A stretch of DNA of 64,000 nucleotides from Halopenitus sp. (GTDB lineage Archaea; Halobacteriota; Halobacteria; Halobacteriales; Haloferacaceae). The notes under the pieces were generated by a model. That model was not told where the DNA came from. It saw only the letters and a list, made by a program, of their open reading frames with translations, and did not search any database. Location: assembly GCA_042219525.1 (NCBI GenBank), contig JBDGPU010000017.1, positions 2,241-66,240 of the forward strand, read 5' to 3'. Numbering within the stretch: position 1 is the stretch's first letter; each line of letters opens with the position of its first letter. A program made the translations under genes and the position numbers. Shown piece by piece: positions 28,766-37,527 of the stretch.

Positions 28766-29370
28766 TATCCCGAGAACACATCGCGGTTACGCCAGGTGAG
28801 CAATGCGAGCAGTACCAGCAAGCCCCCTGCAAAGAACGCGAGACCTGGAGGTAGGAAGCCCAGCAGCGGCTCCGCGGCCGAGATGCTGTCGGCGACGCGG
28901 GGGCTCGTTTCCGGCCCGCCAGCGCCCGTCGTCGCCGTCTCGAAGGCGTACTGGACGAAGAGGCTCGCGACGGCCAGCAGCGCGGCTGCCCCGACCAGTT
29001 CCGTGAGCTGGTCGACGAGGGATCCGTGGTCGGAGTCGCCGCCCACGCAGACGACCAGGGCGTCCTCGACCGGGCCGTACACGTCCATCTCGCGGCCTTT
29101 TACGGAGTACTGGGTATCGACGACCCGCACCAGGTCGGCCTCGATGAGCGTATCGAGGTGGTGCCGCACGTTCTGGAGCGACGTGTCGACCGTCTCGGCG
29201 AGCTCCGACGCCGTGGCGGTGTCCTGATGGAGGGCGGAGAGAACGGCACGGGCTGTCTCGGACGAGAGGGACTCGATGAGGTGGTCGGCGTCGTCGATCT
29301 CCATAACCCTGACGTCGCCGGCCGTCTCGTCGGTCACCCCCTCCCTGTCACTTGGGAGCAGCCCTGACAT
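28765..29370 (-). CDS. membrane-anchored ArsR-type winged-helix transcriptional regulator
   Basis: HTH ASELAETVDTSLQNVRHHLDTLIEADLV, followed by two C-terminal TM helices. The stop TAA overlaps the ATG of the S8 gene by 1 nt. Confidence 0.75.
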   Translation of the reverse strand: MSGLLPSDREGVTDETAGDVRVMEIDDADHLIESLSSETARAVLSALHQDTATASELAETVDTSLQNVRHHLDTLIEADLVRVVDTQYSVKGREMDVYGPVEDALVVCVGGDSDHGSLVDQLTELVGAAALLAVASLFVQYAFETATTGAGGPETSPRVADSISAAEPLLGFLPPGLAFFAGGLLVLLALLTWRNRDVFSG

Positions 29371-29418
29371 AGCCGATTCTTTTCACCCCGTCAATAAAAC
29401 ACTTCGGTCAATTTTGCC

Positions 29419-29442
29419 AGCTGTCCGTTTGAATGGACAGCT
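29419..29442. promoter_or_regulatory. perfect palindrome agctgtcc-N8-ggacagct in the divergent regulator/GT2 intergenic region (operator candidate)
   Basis: 8-bp arms read directly. It lies 49 nt upstream of the regulator start and about 70 nt upstream of a TATA-like attatac (29512-29518) that precedes the GT2 gene. Confidence 0.35.
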
Positions 29443-29547
29443 CCGCCGCTGGAATATTCGCGAGCGACGCCGGGATTCCGGCAACGGTAGTCCCCAGACA
29501 CACCGACGATCATTATACTTTTAGCGGGGCGATTGGATGGTCCTGCT

Positions 29548-30909
29548 ATGGAAGTCAAAACCGTCGACGACGCCACGTTCTCCCTGTGGCGGGCGGCGTC
29601 GTACACGGCGATAACTGTCGCGCTCGTCGCCATCGTTCTCGCGCCGACGCTCGTATTCGATGCGTATCCGCGGGTGCTGAACACGCTCCTGCTCGTCGGC
29701 CTCGTGGGGCTCGTCGGCAGGTCGTTCCTCTCCGCGCTCCTCTCGTTCCGCGGCGCCAACACGCCGAACCTGAAGCTCTCGGACGCGGAGCTGCCCGAGG
29801 TCAGCATCGTGATCCCGGCGTACAACGAGGAGCCCGTCCTCCCGGACACGATCGACGCCTGTCTGAACCTGGATTACCCGGCCGAGAAGCTGGAGGTCGT
29901 TCTCTGCTACGAGGCAGCCTCGGTCGACCGAACGGCAGAGATCTGCCGCGAGGCCGCCGCGAACCACTCGATATTCACAGCCGTCGAACGCGACGAGCCG
30001 GGCGGCGGGAAGGCGAAGGCGATGAACTACGCGCTCCAGTTCGCCTCCCACGACCTCATCGCGATGATCGACGCCGACCACCGGTACCGGCCGGACGCGA
30101 TCCGCCGCGCAGTCGCCTGGTTCGACACCGACGACGACATCTGGTGTATCAAGGGTCGCTGTTACGGCACGAACGCCGACGACTCGATCCTGGCGCTGCA
30201 CGCGACGGTCGAGCGCCACATCGCCGAGAAGGCGGACCTGTTCGCCCGCGAGGTCATCGGCGGCTTCACCATCTTCGGCGGCGGCCAGGCGTTCTTCCGC
30301 CGCGAGGTGTTCGACACGCTCGGCCAGTTCGACGAGGACATGCTCACCGAGGACATCGACATGTCCTCGAAGATCCACGCGGCCGGCAAGCGCCTCGTGA
30401 TGGACCCGAGCATCATCACCTTCGAGGAGAACCCGCCGTCGCTGCAGGCCTGGTGGAGCCAGCGCAAGCGCTGGGCCCGCGGCTGGATGCAGGTCGCGGT
30501 CCGGTACATCACGTCGATTCCGCGAAACCCCGACGTTTCGGCCTCGCAGAAGGCCGACGCGATCTACACGTTCTCGTACGCGATCATCCCCGCCTTCGTG
30601 GTCATCGGCCTCCCGCTCGCCGTCTTCCCGAAGTTCGGCATCGAGACGGCCACGTACGTCCCCGGCGCCTGGGCGATCTGGACGGCCATCGGGTTCTCCC
30701 CCATCGTCGTCACCGCGCTCGTCTACCTCCAGGACTGGCGCGACGGACTCTCCCATCAGCCCCGCGAGTACCTCGCGGCCGTCACGCTCTGGTTCTACCT
30801 GGTCTTCCAGACGATCGTGTTCATCACCGCCTTCATCGAGGAGTTCATCGTCGAGAAACCGAGCGTCTACGTGACGACTTCGCGCGCGGAAGCCTCCTCC
30901 GACGACTGA
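29548..30909 (+). CDS. membrane-integrated processive family-2 glycosyltransferase (cellulose/chitin/PNAG-synthase-like)
   Basis: VSIVIPAYNEE, IDADH, TEDID and QRKRWARGW (QxxRW) motifs, with TM helices at both ends. ATG at 29548; an alternative TTG lies at 29533. Confidence 0.85.
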   Translation: MEVKTVDDATFSLWRAASYTAITVALVAIVLAPTLVFDAYPRVLNTLLLVGLVGLVGRSFLSALLSFRGANTPNLKLSDAELPEVSIVIPAYNEEPVLPDTIDACLNLDYPAEKLEVVLCYEAASVDRTAEICREAAANHSIFTAVERDEPGGGKAKAMNYALQFASHDLIAMIDADHRYRPDAIRRAVAWFDTDDDIWCIKGRCYGTNADDSILALHATVERHIAEKADLFAREVIGGFTIFGGGQAFFRREVFDTLGQFDEDMLTEDIDMSSKIHAAGKRLVMDPSIITFEENPPSLQAWWSQRKRWARGWMQVAVRYITSIPRNPDVSASQKADAIYTFSYAIIPAFVVIGLPLAVFPKFGIETATYVPGAWAIWTAIGFSPIVVTALVYLQDWRDGLSHQPREYLAAVTLWFYLVFQTIVFITAFIEEFIVEKPSVYVTTSRAEASSDD

Positions 30910-30971
30910 TCCCGCCGGCCACTCGCCGCCTTCCCCCTACGCTTAATCCCCGAGCGAGCGAAGGCGTCCCT

Positions 30972-32462
30972 ATGATATCTGCCGACCGGATGGCGGCCGT
31001 CGACGCCAACGCCGCCGCGCTCGGAATTCCTCGCTCGAAGCTCATGGAGTCCTCGGGCAACGCCGTCGCGCGCGAGGTCCGCGACGCGGCCGACCCCGGC
31101 GCCAGCGTCACGCTGGTCTGTGGCCGTGGCAACAACGGCGGCGACGCGTTCGTGGCCGCCCGTTTTCTCGCCGACTACGACGTGTCCGTCCAGCTGCTCG
31201 GTCGTCCCGAGTCCATCGGCACCGACATCGCCCGCGAGAACTGGGACGCGCTCGAAGCCGCGGAGATCGCGACCGAAACGGTTGCCGACGCCAGCGACCT
31301 TTCGCTGGCTACGGGCGAGGGCTCCGCGGACAGCGACGCCCCGGACGTCGTCGTCGACGCGATGCTCGGCACCGGACTGACTGGCGCGGTGCGGGAACCG
31401 GAACGGACTGCTGCACACCGGATCAACGAGGCCGGCGAGGCGGGCGCGACGGTCGTCGCCGTCGACGTGCCAACCGGTATCGACGCCGACACGGGTGAGG
31501 TTGCCGGCGCGGAAAGCTCTGCAACGGCCGTCGCCGTCGACGCCGACCGAATCGTCACGTTCCACGACGAGAAGCCCGGCCTCGCCGACCTCGGCGCCGC
31601 GGTCACCGTCGCCGACATCGGGATTCCGGAGGCCGCGGAGCTGTTCACCGGCCCGGGTGACCTGCTCGGGCTGGCCCGCGACCCGCAGAGTCACAAGGGC
31701 GAGCGCGGTGAGGTCCTCGTCGTCGGCGGCGGGCCGTACACCGGCGCCCCGACGCTCTCGGCGCGGGCGGCGCTGCGTGCCGGGGCCGACCTCGTGCGCG
31801 TCGCCTGCCCGAAGGCCGTCGCGCGCGAGGTCCAGGCCTTCTCCGAGAACCTCATCGTGCGGGGCTTCAGCGGCGAGACGCTGGCGCCGGCACACTTAGA
31901 GCAGATCCGCTCGCTCGCCGCCGACCACGACGCCGTCGTCTTCGGCCCCGGTCTCGGCGACGCGGCCGCGACGCTGGAGTTCGTCCGGGAGTTCCTCGCC
32001 AAGTACACCGGGACCATCGTCGTCGACGCCGACGCGCTCCCGATCGTCCCGGAGGTCGACACCGACGCGACCCTCATCTGCACGCCGCATCAGGGCGAGC
32101 TCCGGCAGATGGGCGGCCCGAGCGCCGACGAGTGGCGCGAGCGCGTGAACGCGGTCCAGGCGTTCGCGGCCGAGCTGGGCCACACGCTGCTCGTCAAGGG
32201 CGCCTACGACGTCGTCACCGACGGCGAGACGGTTCGCGTGAACCGCACCGGCAACCCGGGCATGACCGTCGGCGGTACGGGCGACGTGCTCGCGGGCGCA
32301 GTTGGCGCGCTCGCGACGACGAACGCCCCGCTCGACGCCGCCGCCATCGGCGCCTACGCTAACGGGCGCGCCGGCGACGCCGCGGCCGAGGACCTCGGCG
32401 ACGGACTCGTGGCGACGGACTTAATCGACCGGCTCCCACAGGGACTCCGTACCCATGACTGA
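30972..32462 (+). CDS. nnr: bifunctional NAD(P)H-hydrate repair enzyme (epimerase + ADP-dependent dehydratase)
   Basis: N-terminal YjeF_N (GRGNNGGDAF) and C-terminal carbohydrate-kinase-like domain (GGTGDVLAG). ATG at 30972 inside the artefactually long track ORF 29433..32462. Confidence 0.85.
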   Translation: MISADRMAAVDANAAALGIPRSKLMESSGNAVAREVRDAADPGASVTLVCGRGNNGGDAFVAARFLADYDVSVQLLGRPESIGTDIARENWDALEAAEIATETVADASDLSLATGEGSADSDAPDVVVDAMLGTGLTGAVREPERTAAHRINEAGEAGATVVAVDVPTGIDADTGEVAGAESSATAVAVDADRIVTFHDEKPGLADLGAAVTVADIGIPEAAELFTGPGDLLGLARDPQSHKGERGEVLVVGGGPYTGAPTLSARAALRAGADLVRVACPKAVAREVQAFSENLIVRGFSGETLAPAHLEQIRSLAADHDAVVFGPGLGDAAATLEFVREFLAKYTGTIVVDADALPIVPEVDTDATLICTPHQGELRQMGGPSADEWRERVNAVQAFAAELGHTLLVKGAYDVVTDGETVRVNRTGNPGMTVGGTGDVLAGAVGALATTNAPLDAAAIGAYANGRAGDAAAEDLGDGLVATDLIDRLPQGLRTHD

Positions 32463-33003
32463 GGACACGTCCTCGGGCGCTGACGGCGACGACGCTCCCA
32501 CCGACGCCGACTCCACAGACGACGCTCCCACCGACGAACTCACCCACACGGACGAGTCCGGCGACGTCCAGATGGTCGACGTCGGCGCGAAGCCGGACAC
32601 GGCCCGTCGCGCCGTCGCGCGCGGCGAGATCCAGTTGACGGCGTCGACGATCGAGGCGATCCGCGCCGACGAGATCGGCAAGGGCGACGTGCTGGCGACG
32701 GCCCGGATCGGCGCCGTGCAGGCGGTCAAACACACCTGGGAGTCGATCCCGATGTGTCACGCGATCCCCGTCACCAACGTCGACACGGACTTCGACGTGC
32801 GCGAGGACCGCGTGGTGCTGGAGGTCGGCGTCGAGACTACGGGGAAGACGGGCTGTGAGATGGAGGCGCTCGAGGGCGTGACGACCGGGCTCAACGTCGT
32901 CTGGGACATGGTGAAAGCCGCCGAGAAGGACGCGGAGGGCCAGTACCCGGACACGCGCATCTCCGGGGTCGAAATCGTCGAGAAGCGGAAAGAAGCACTC
33001 TGA
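32455..33003 (+). CDS. moaC: cyclic pyranopterin monophosphate synthase accessory protein
   Basis: MVDVG.K..T.R.A.A, IPMCH and GVE.EAL motifs, with an acidic N-terminal extension. Confidence 0.9.
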   Translation: MTEDTSSGADGDDAPTDADSTDDAPTDELTHTDESGDVQMVDVGAKPDTARRAVARGEIQLTASTIEAIRADEIGKGDVLATARIGAVQAVKHTWESIPMCHAIPVTNVDTDFDVREDRVVLEVGVETTGKTGCEMEALEGVTTGLNVVWDMVKAAEKDAEGQYPDTRISGVEIVEKRKEAL

Positions 33004-33032
33004 ATCAGCGGGACGTTTTGGGCGGCGAGCGA

Positions 33033-33086
33033 GTCGGCAGCGATGTCGGCGGCGACATCGGCAGCGGCGTCGGCGGCGACGTCGAA
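33033..33086. repeat. 12-nt periodic tandem repeat (gtcggcRgcgaY), about 4.5 copies
   Basis: Read directly: gtcggcagcgat gtcggcggcgac atcggcagcggc gtcggcggcgac gtcgaa, in the convergent gap after moaC. Confidence 0.7.
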
Positions 33087-33105
33087 GTGGTTGGTGACGC
33101 CGCGA

Positions 33106-33336
33106 CTAGCGCATGCCGTCCAGCCCGCGGACGGTGTCGGACATGATCCAGGCGTCGTCGCTCTCGGCTTCCTCGATACAGAGCGCGAAGAACGTCTCGT
33201 CGTCGCCGTCGGTCGTGATGCGGTAGCCTTCACAGGTCACCGCAGCGGGGAGGTCCGCAGCGTCAGCGTTGGGGCCGGAGGGATTCATGCTCCCCTTAGC
33301 AGCCCCGGCGGGATAACCGGCGTGATCCGACTGCAT
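33106..33336 (-). CDS. small acidic hypothetical protein
   Basis: The C-terminal 76 aa of track ORF 33106..33789 have acidic, haloarchaeal-like composition (…CEGYRITTDGDDETFFALCIEEAESDDAWIMSD…). ATG at 33336. Confidence 0.45.
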   Translation of the reverse strand: MQSDHAGYPAGAAKGSMNPSGPNADAADLPAAVTCEGYRITTDGDDETFFALCIEEAESDDAWIMSDTVRGLDGMR

Positions 33337-33398
33337 ACCTGTTAGCGAGCGGAAATTCGGTCGTTGAGAAGTCACCGTCGTTGGCAGAAAATCTCGGG

Positions 33399-34703
33399 TC
33401 AGGCGTCGGCGGGCCGGAGGTCGGCTGCCTTCGAGCGGGCCTGTGAGACGATGTTCGGGCGCGCCTCGAACTCGACGATGACGTGCTCGTCGCCGTAGGA
33501 CTCCTCCTCGACGTAGCCGTGGTCGTGGATCCACGAGACGACGCTCATCGTGTCGTCGGTCATCGGGAGCACGAGCCGCTCGTGAAGCCACTCTGGGAGC
33601 TCGTCCTCGACGCGTTCCCGGAGGTCGGCGACGCCGTGGCCCGTCTTCGCCGAGACCGTGATCGGGTTCGGTGCGATCGACGAGAGCGCGGCGGTCTTCT
33701 CCGCGACCTCCTCGTCGGTGAGCTTGTCCGTCTTGTTGAACACCGTCACGATGGGCGCCTCGTTGCGCTCGTACAGCGTGTCGTGACACGTGACGATCTT
33801 CTCGCGGATCTCGGGCACCGGCTCGCTCGCGTCGACGACGAGCAGGACGAGGTCCGCCCGGTAGACGGACTCCAGCGTCGACTCGAAGGATTCGACGAGC
33901 CAGTGGGGCAGGTCGGAGATGAACCCGACCGTGTCCGTTAAGAGAACGTTTCGGCGGTCCATCTCCGCGCGGCGCGTCGTCGTGCCGAGCGTCGTGAACA
34001 GCATGTCCTCGGACTCCGCGGTCTTCTCGAGGTCGGGGTGGCGGTCGGCGTTCTCGTCGACGTCGATCTCGGCCGCGAGCTGGCGCATGAGCGTCGACTT
34101 GCCGGCGTTCGTGTAGCCGGCGAGCGCGACGAGGTCGAACCCGGAGTCGCGGCGTTGCTTGCGGCGGCGCTGCTCCTTCGCCGCGATCGACTCCAGCTCG
34201 TCGCGGATCTCGGAGATCTGCCGTTTGATGTCGCGTTCGACGCTCTCGTCGTACTCGCCGAGCCCCATGAATCCGGGACGCTCGTCGCGCTTGGCGAGGC
34301 TCGCCTTCACTTCTGCGCGCGGGAGCTCATAGCGCAGCTCCGCGAGCTCGACCTGGAGCTGGGCCTTGCGGGTCTGGGCCCGGTCGCCGAAGATCTCCAG
34401 GATGAGCGTGAAGCGGTCGATGACCTCGACGTCCTCGGGGAGCTTCGTCCCAATGTTGTACGTCTGGTACGGGCCGACGTCGTTGTCGATGATCACGCTC
34501 CGGGCGCCCGTCTCCCGGACGCGCTCGGCGAGTTCGTCGACCTTCCCCTCCCCGAACATGTAGGCCGCATCTTCGGTCCGGGTCTGGGTCAACTCGCCGA
34601 CGACCTCGTAGTCGGCGGCGTCGGCGAGCTGTTTGATCTCGGAGAGGTCCGCACTGCCGCTCTCGACGCGTTTGGCGACGACCGCGCTGTGTTCGGCCGT
34701 CAT
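33399..34703 (-). CDS. hflX: GTPase HflX
   Basis: HflX N-domain (IDRFTLILEIF..RA.T..A.LQVELA.L.Y) and G-domain (GYTNAGKSTL, DTVGF, NKTD). ATG at 34703. Confidence 0.9.
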   Translation of the reverse strand: MTAEHSAVVAKRVESGSADLSEIKQLADAADYEVVGELTQTRTEDAAYMFGEGKVDELAERVRETGARSVIIDNDVGPYQTYNIGTKLPEDVEVIDRFTLILEIFGDRAQTRKAQLQVELAELRYELPRAEVKASLAKRDERPGFMGLGEYDESVERDIKRQISEIRDELESIAAKEQRRRKQRRDSGFDLVALAGYTNAGKSTLMRQLAAEIDVDENADRHPDLEKTAESEDMLFTTLGTTTRRAEMDRRNVLLTDTVGFISDLPHWLVESFESTLESVYRADLVLLVVDASEPVPEIREKIVTCHDTLYERNEAPIVTVFNKTDKLTDEEVAEKTAALSSIAPNPITVSAKTGHGVADLRERVEDELPEWLHERLVLPMTDDTMSVVSWIHDHGYVEEESYGDEHVIVEFEARPNIVSQARSKAADLRPADA

Positions 34704-34935
34704 GGCAAATCCGCTACCGTGGCCCGCCCCTCGAGTAGCGCGTTGCACGCGACGCTGGCGGTGCCTGCGGTACGTTCGTCGTGGTGTGCTGCCTGCACTA
34801 TTCGACTTGTAAGTAGCCGCTCGACATATTTAAACCCAGTCTGCAGGGGGTCGTCATCACCGGTCACGACCGGCCGTAACCGCTCGACGGCATCGATACC
34901 CCGAGCTTCCCGCCGACGCTGGGTGTCGAGCGGCA

Positions 34936-35661
34936 TTATCTGGTGGAGAGCTCGTCTTTGTCCTTCACGACCGTCGTCTCGGCTTCGCCCGAGGAAACCT
35001 CGTTCGCGAGGTCGTAGAACTCGTTTTGCAGCCCGGCCGGGAACGTGATGACGCCGACCCAGGAACCGTCGTTCTGCCACTCCTCGCTTTCCAGCTCGCC
35101 GTACTCGCGTAGCTTTGCCTGCCCGGATCCTGCATAGTCCGGCGGCAGCTGGACCGCGACTGTGATCTCCTCGAACCGAATGGGGATGATCGGCCGGAGC
35201 GCATCGAGCGCGTCGTCGACCTGGTTCTCCGCCGGCTCCATCGGGTCGACGGTGAAGCCCGCCTCCTCGAGCGCGCGCTCGATGCGCTCGGGCGGGTGCG
35301 GAGCGTTGTCCATCTGTGGGTTGACCGCGTTGCGCGTGATGGTGTTGATGAGGTTCTTCCGCTTCTGCTCCTGCATCTCCTTGCGCTGCTCGGCCGTGAT
35401 CTGGATTTCGCCGCGTTTGACGACCTCCGGGATGATCTCCAGCGGCTCGGTCGTGCCGAACACCTCCTCGAGGTCGGCCTCGGCCGGCCGGTCCCCGCTG
35501 GAGGCGTCCTCGAACACGTCCTCGGCCGCGATGACGTCCTCGAGGTCGCCCTCGAACTCGTCCCGTTTGATCTCGAGGGCGGCGTCCGGGTCGATGAGTA
35601 CCTCGAATCGCTCACCGTGGGATTCGAGTCGGGCGGTTACGGCGTCTTCGAGTGATATCAT
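34936..35661 (-). CDS. ribosome maturation protein SBDS/SDO1
   Basis: [26 protein letters not shown] and a downstream FYSH/helical/ferredoxin-like pattern. ATG at 35661. Confidence 0.9.
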   Translation of the reverse strand: MISLEDAVTARLESHGERFEVLIDPDAALEIKRDEFEGDLEDVIAAEDVFEDASSGDRPAEADLEEVFGTTEPLEIIPEVVKRGEIQITAEQRKEMQEQKRKNLINTITRNAVNPQMDNAPHPPERIERALEEAGFTVDPMEPAENQVDDALDALRPIIPIRFEEITVAVQLPPDYAGSGQAKLREYGELESEEWQNDGSWVGVITFPAGLQNEFYDLANEVSSGEAETTVVKDKDELSTR

Positions 35662-35774
35662 GACTCCGGCTACCACTTCCGAGGGTAAAAAGCCTCCCGC
35701 GGTCACGGAGAAGTTGTCCGACCCCGCCCGGCCGTCGGCCGGGCAGTCGTCCTGTCAGTTCCCCCGTCGTCCCG

Positions 35775-35978
35775 TTAGTCGGCCCGCTCGTCGTCCCAGT
35801 CCGCGCGGCAGGAGTCGTCACAGAAGTGTCGATGCGTCGCTTGTCCGTCCTCGATCCACGTCACGACCCGCGACTCGTGACCTACTACCGGGTCCCCGCA
35901 GGTCGCGCAGTCGGGGGCGTCCTCCTCGGCCACGTCCTCTGCGTGGTCCGACGTCGGATCGACCTCGTCATCTCCCAT
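35775..35978 (-). CDS. small acidic Cys/His-rich (zinc-binding?) protein
   Basis: CATCG...HRHFCDDSC pattern. ATG at 35978 within track ORF 35775..36071. Confidence 0.45.
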   Translation of the reverse strand: MGDDEVDPTSDHAEDVAEEDAPDCATCGDPVVGHESRVVTWIEDGQATHRHFCDDSCRADWDDERAD

Positions 35979-36075
35979 GGGAACTGCTCTACGCTCCGCC
36001 CACTTCAAGCCGTCCCGTTCGGCGAATTTGACGAGGGCGGCCGAATCGGTTCGGCTGAGCCGCACAGCCACCGCC

Positions 36076-37425
36076 TCACCGTTCCTCGACGACGATCACG
36101 CGCAGGTCGTTGACGTTGGTCCCGGTCGGCCCGGTCTCGATGGCGGCCTCCGCGGCCTCGAGGACGGGCGTCGCGTTGTTCGTCGCCAGCGCCGCCGCGG
36201 CTTCCCCTTTCGTAACCGTGTCGGCGGCGACGATGCCGCCCGCGTAGTCGCTCGCGCCGTCGATACCGTCGGTGTCGGCGGCGGCGATCACGACGCCCGG
36301 CTCGTCGAGTTCGACGGCCGCGCCGAGCGCGTACTCCTGGTTCGGCCCGCCTTCCCCGTCGCCCCGCACTGTAACGGTCGTCTCGCCGCCGGTGACGACC
36401 ACCGCCGGCGGCTCGACCGGATTCCCCGTTTCGCGGATCTCCTCGCCGATGGCGACGGCGGATTTGGCGGCTTCACGCGCCTCGCCGCGGATCCGTGAGG
36501 AGAGGACGACCGCCTCGTGGTCCGCGTCGGCGGCGGCGTCACGCGCGGCGAGACACGCCGTCAGCGACGAAGCGATGGTGAACGTCGTAACGTGCTCGAA
36601 CAGCACGTCCCCGGGCTTCGGCGTCTCCGGGATATCACCCGATTCGCCGCGCTCGAACCGCTCCTGAACAGCCGTCGGCGCGTCGATGTCGTGGACCTCG
36701 AACACCTCGCGCGCGTCGCGGAAGGTGGTCTCGTCGGGGACGAACGGCCCGCTGCCGATAGTGCTGGGGTCGTCGCCGACGACGTCGGAGAAGCACAGGC
36801 AGGCGATCTCGGCCGGCGCGGCCGCGGCGGCGAGCTTCCCGCCCTTGATCGCCGAGAGGTGCTTCCGGACGGCGTTGATCTCGTCGATGCTCGCGCCGGC
36901 CTCCAGCAGGGTCCCCGTCGTCTCGCGCAGGTCGTCCAGGTCGACGCCCTCGCCCGGCGCCGGCAACAGCGCGCTCGCGCCGCCAGTCATGACGCCGAGG
37001 ACGAGCGACTCCGCGGTGGTCTCGCGGGCTCGCTCGAGGACGGCCTGCGCGCCCGCGGCGCCGTCCGCGTCCGGGACGGGGTGGCTCCCGGTGCGTACTT
37101 CGACCCGCTCCGTCTCCCGGGAGTCGTTCGTAACGACGACGCCGCCGGTGAGCGCGTCGCCGAGCAATCGTTCGAGTTCGACAGCGACCGGGGCTGCCGC
37201 CTTCCCGCCGCCGAGGACGACGACCTCGTCGTACTTGCTGAGGTCGTACGGCGTCCCGGCGATGCGCAAAACTCCGTCCTCGTACGCGAGTCGGTCGCGA
37301 ACGACGTTCCGGGGGTGCGCGGCCTCGATGCCGGCGGCGAGGCAATCGAGCGCGAGGTCGTGCGCGGCGGAGCGTCCCAGTTCAGTCCGGTTGTTGATGC
37401 GGACTGATTCCGGCGTATCGGTCAT
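36076..37425 (-). CDS. glycerate 2-kinase / hydroxypyruvate reductase family (DUF4147 + MOFRL)
   Basis: VLGGGKAA and a C-terminal GGETTV...GGPNQE...DTDGIDG pattern. ATG at 37425. Confidence 0.8.
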   Translation of the reverse strand: MTDTPESVRINNRTELGRSAAHDLALDCLAAGIEAAHPRNVVRDRLAYEDGVLRIAGTPYDLSKYDEVVVLGGGKAAAPVAVELERLLGDALTGGVVVTNDSRETERVEVRTGSHPVPDADGAAGAQAVLERARETTAESLVLGVMTGGASALLPAPGEGVDLDDLRETTGTLLEAGASIDEINAVRKHLSAIKGGKLAAAAAPAEIACLCFSDVVGDDPSTIGSGPFVPDETTFRDAREVFEVHDIDAPTAVQERFERGESGDIPETPKPGDVLFEHVTTFTIASSLTACLAARDAAADADHEAVVLSSRIRGEAREAAKSAVAIGEEIRETGNPVEPPAVVVTGGETTVTVRGDGEGGPNQEYALGAAVELDEPGVVIAAADTDGIDGASDYAGGIVAADTVTKGEAAAALATNNATPVLEAAEAAIETGPTGTNVNDLRVIVVEER

Positions 37426-37527
37426 ACTCGGGGCGTCGATGGCCGGGAAGAAAACTCCACGGGCGGGTCGCAAACGTTTCGGCCTTCGCTGGGTGCTGGC
37501 TCACGCGACGTCCAGATCCCACGACGG

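Noticed and set aside
29433-30971. The 1009-aa track ORF, which suggests a huge fusion protein upstream of Nnr.
   Set aside because: The first 513 codons are an Arg-rich alternate frame of the GT2 gene. Nnr homology starts at ATG 30972.
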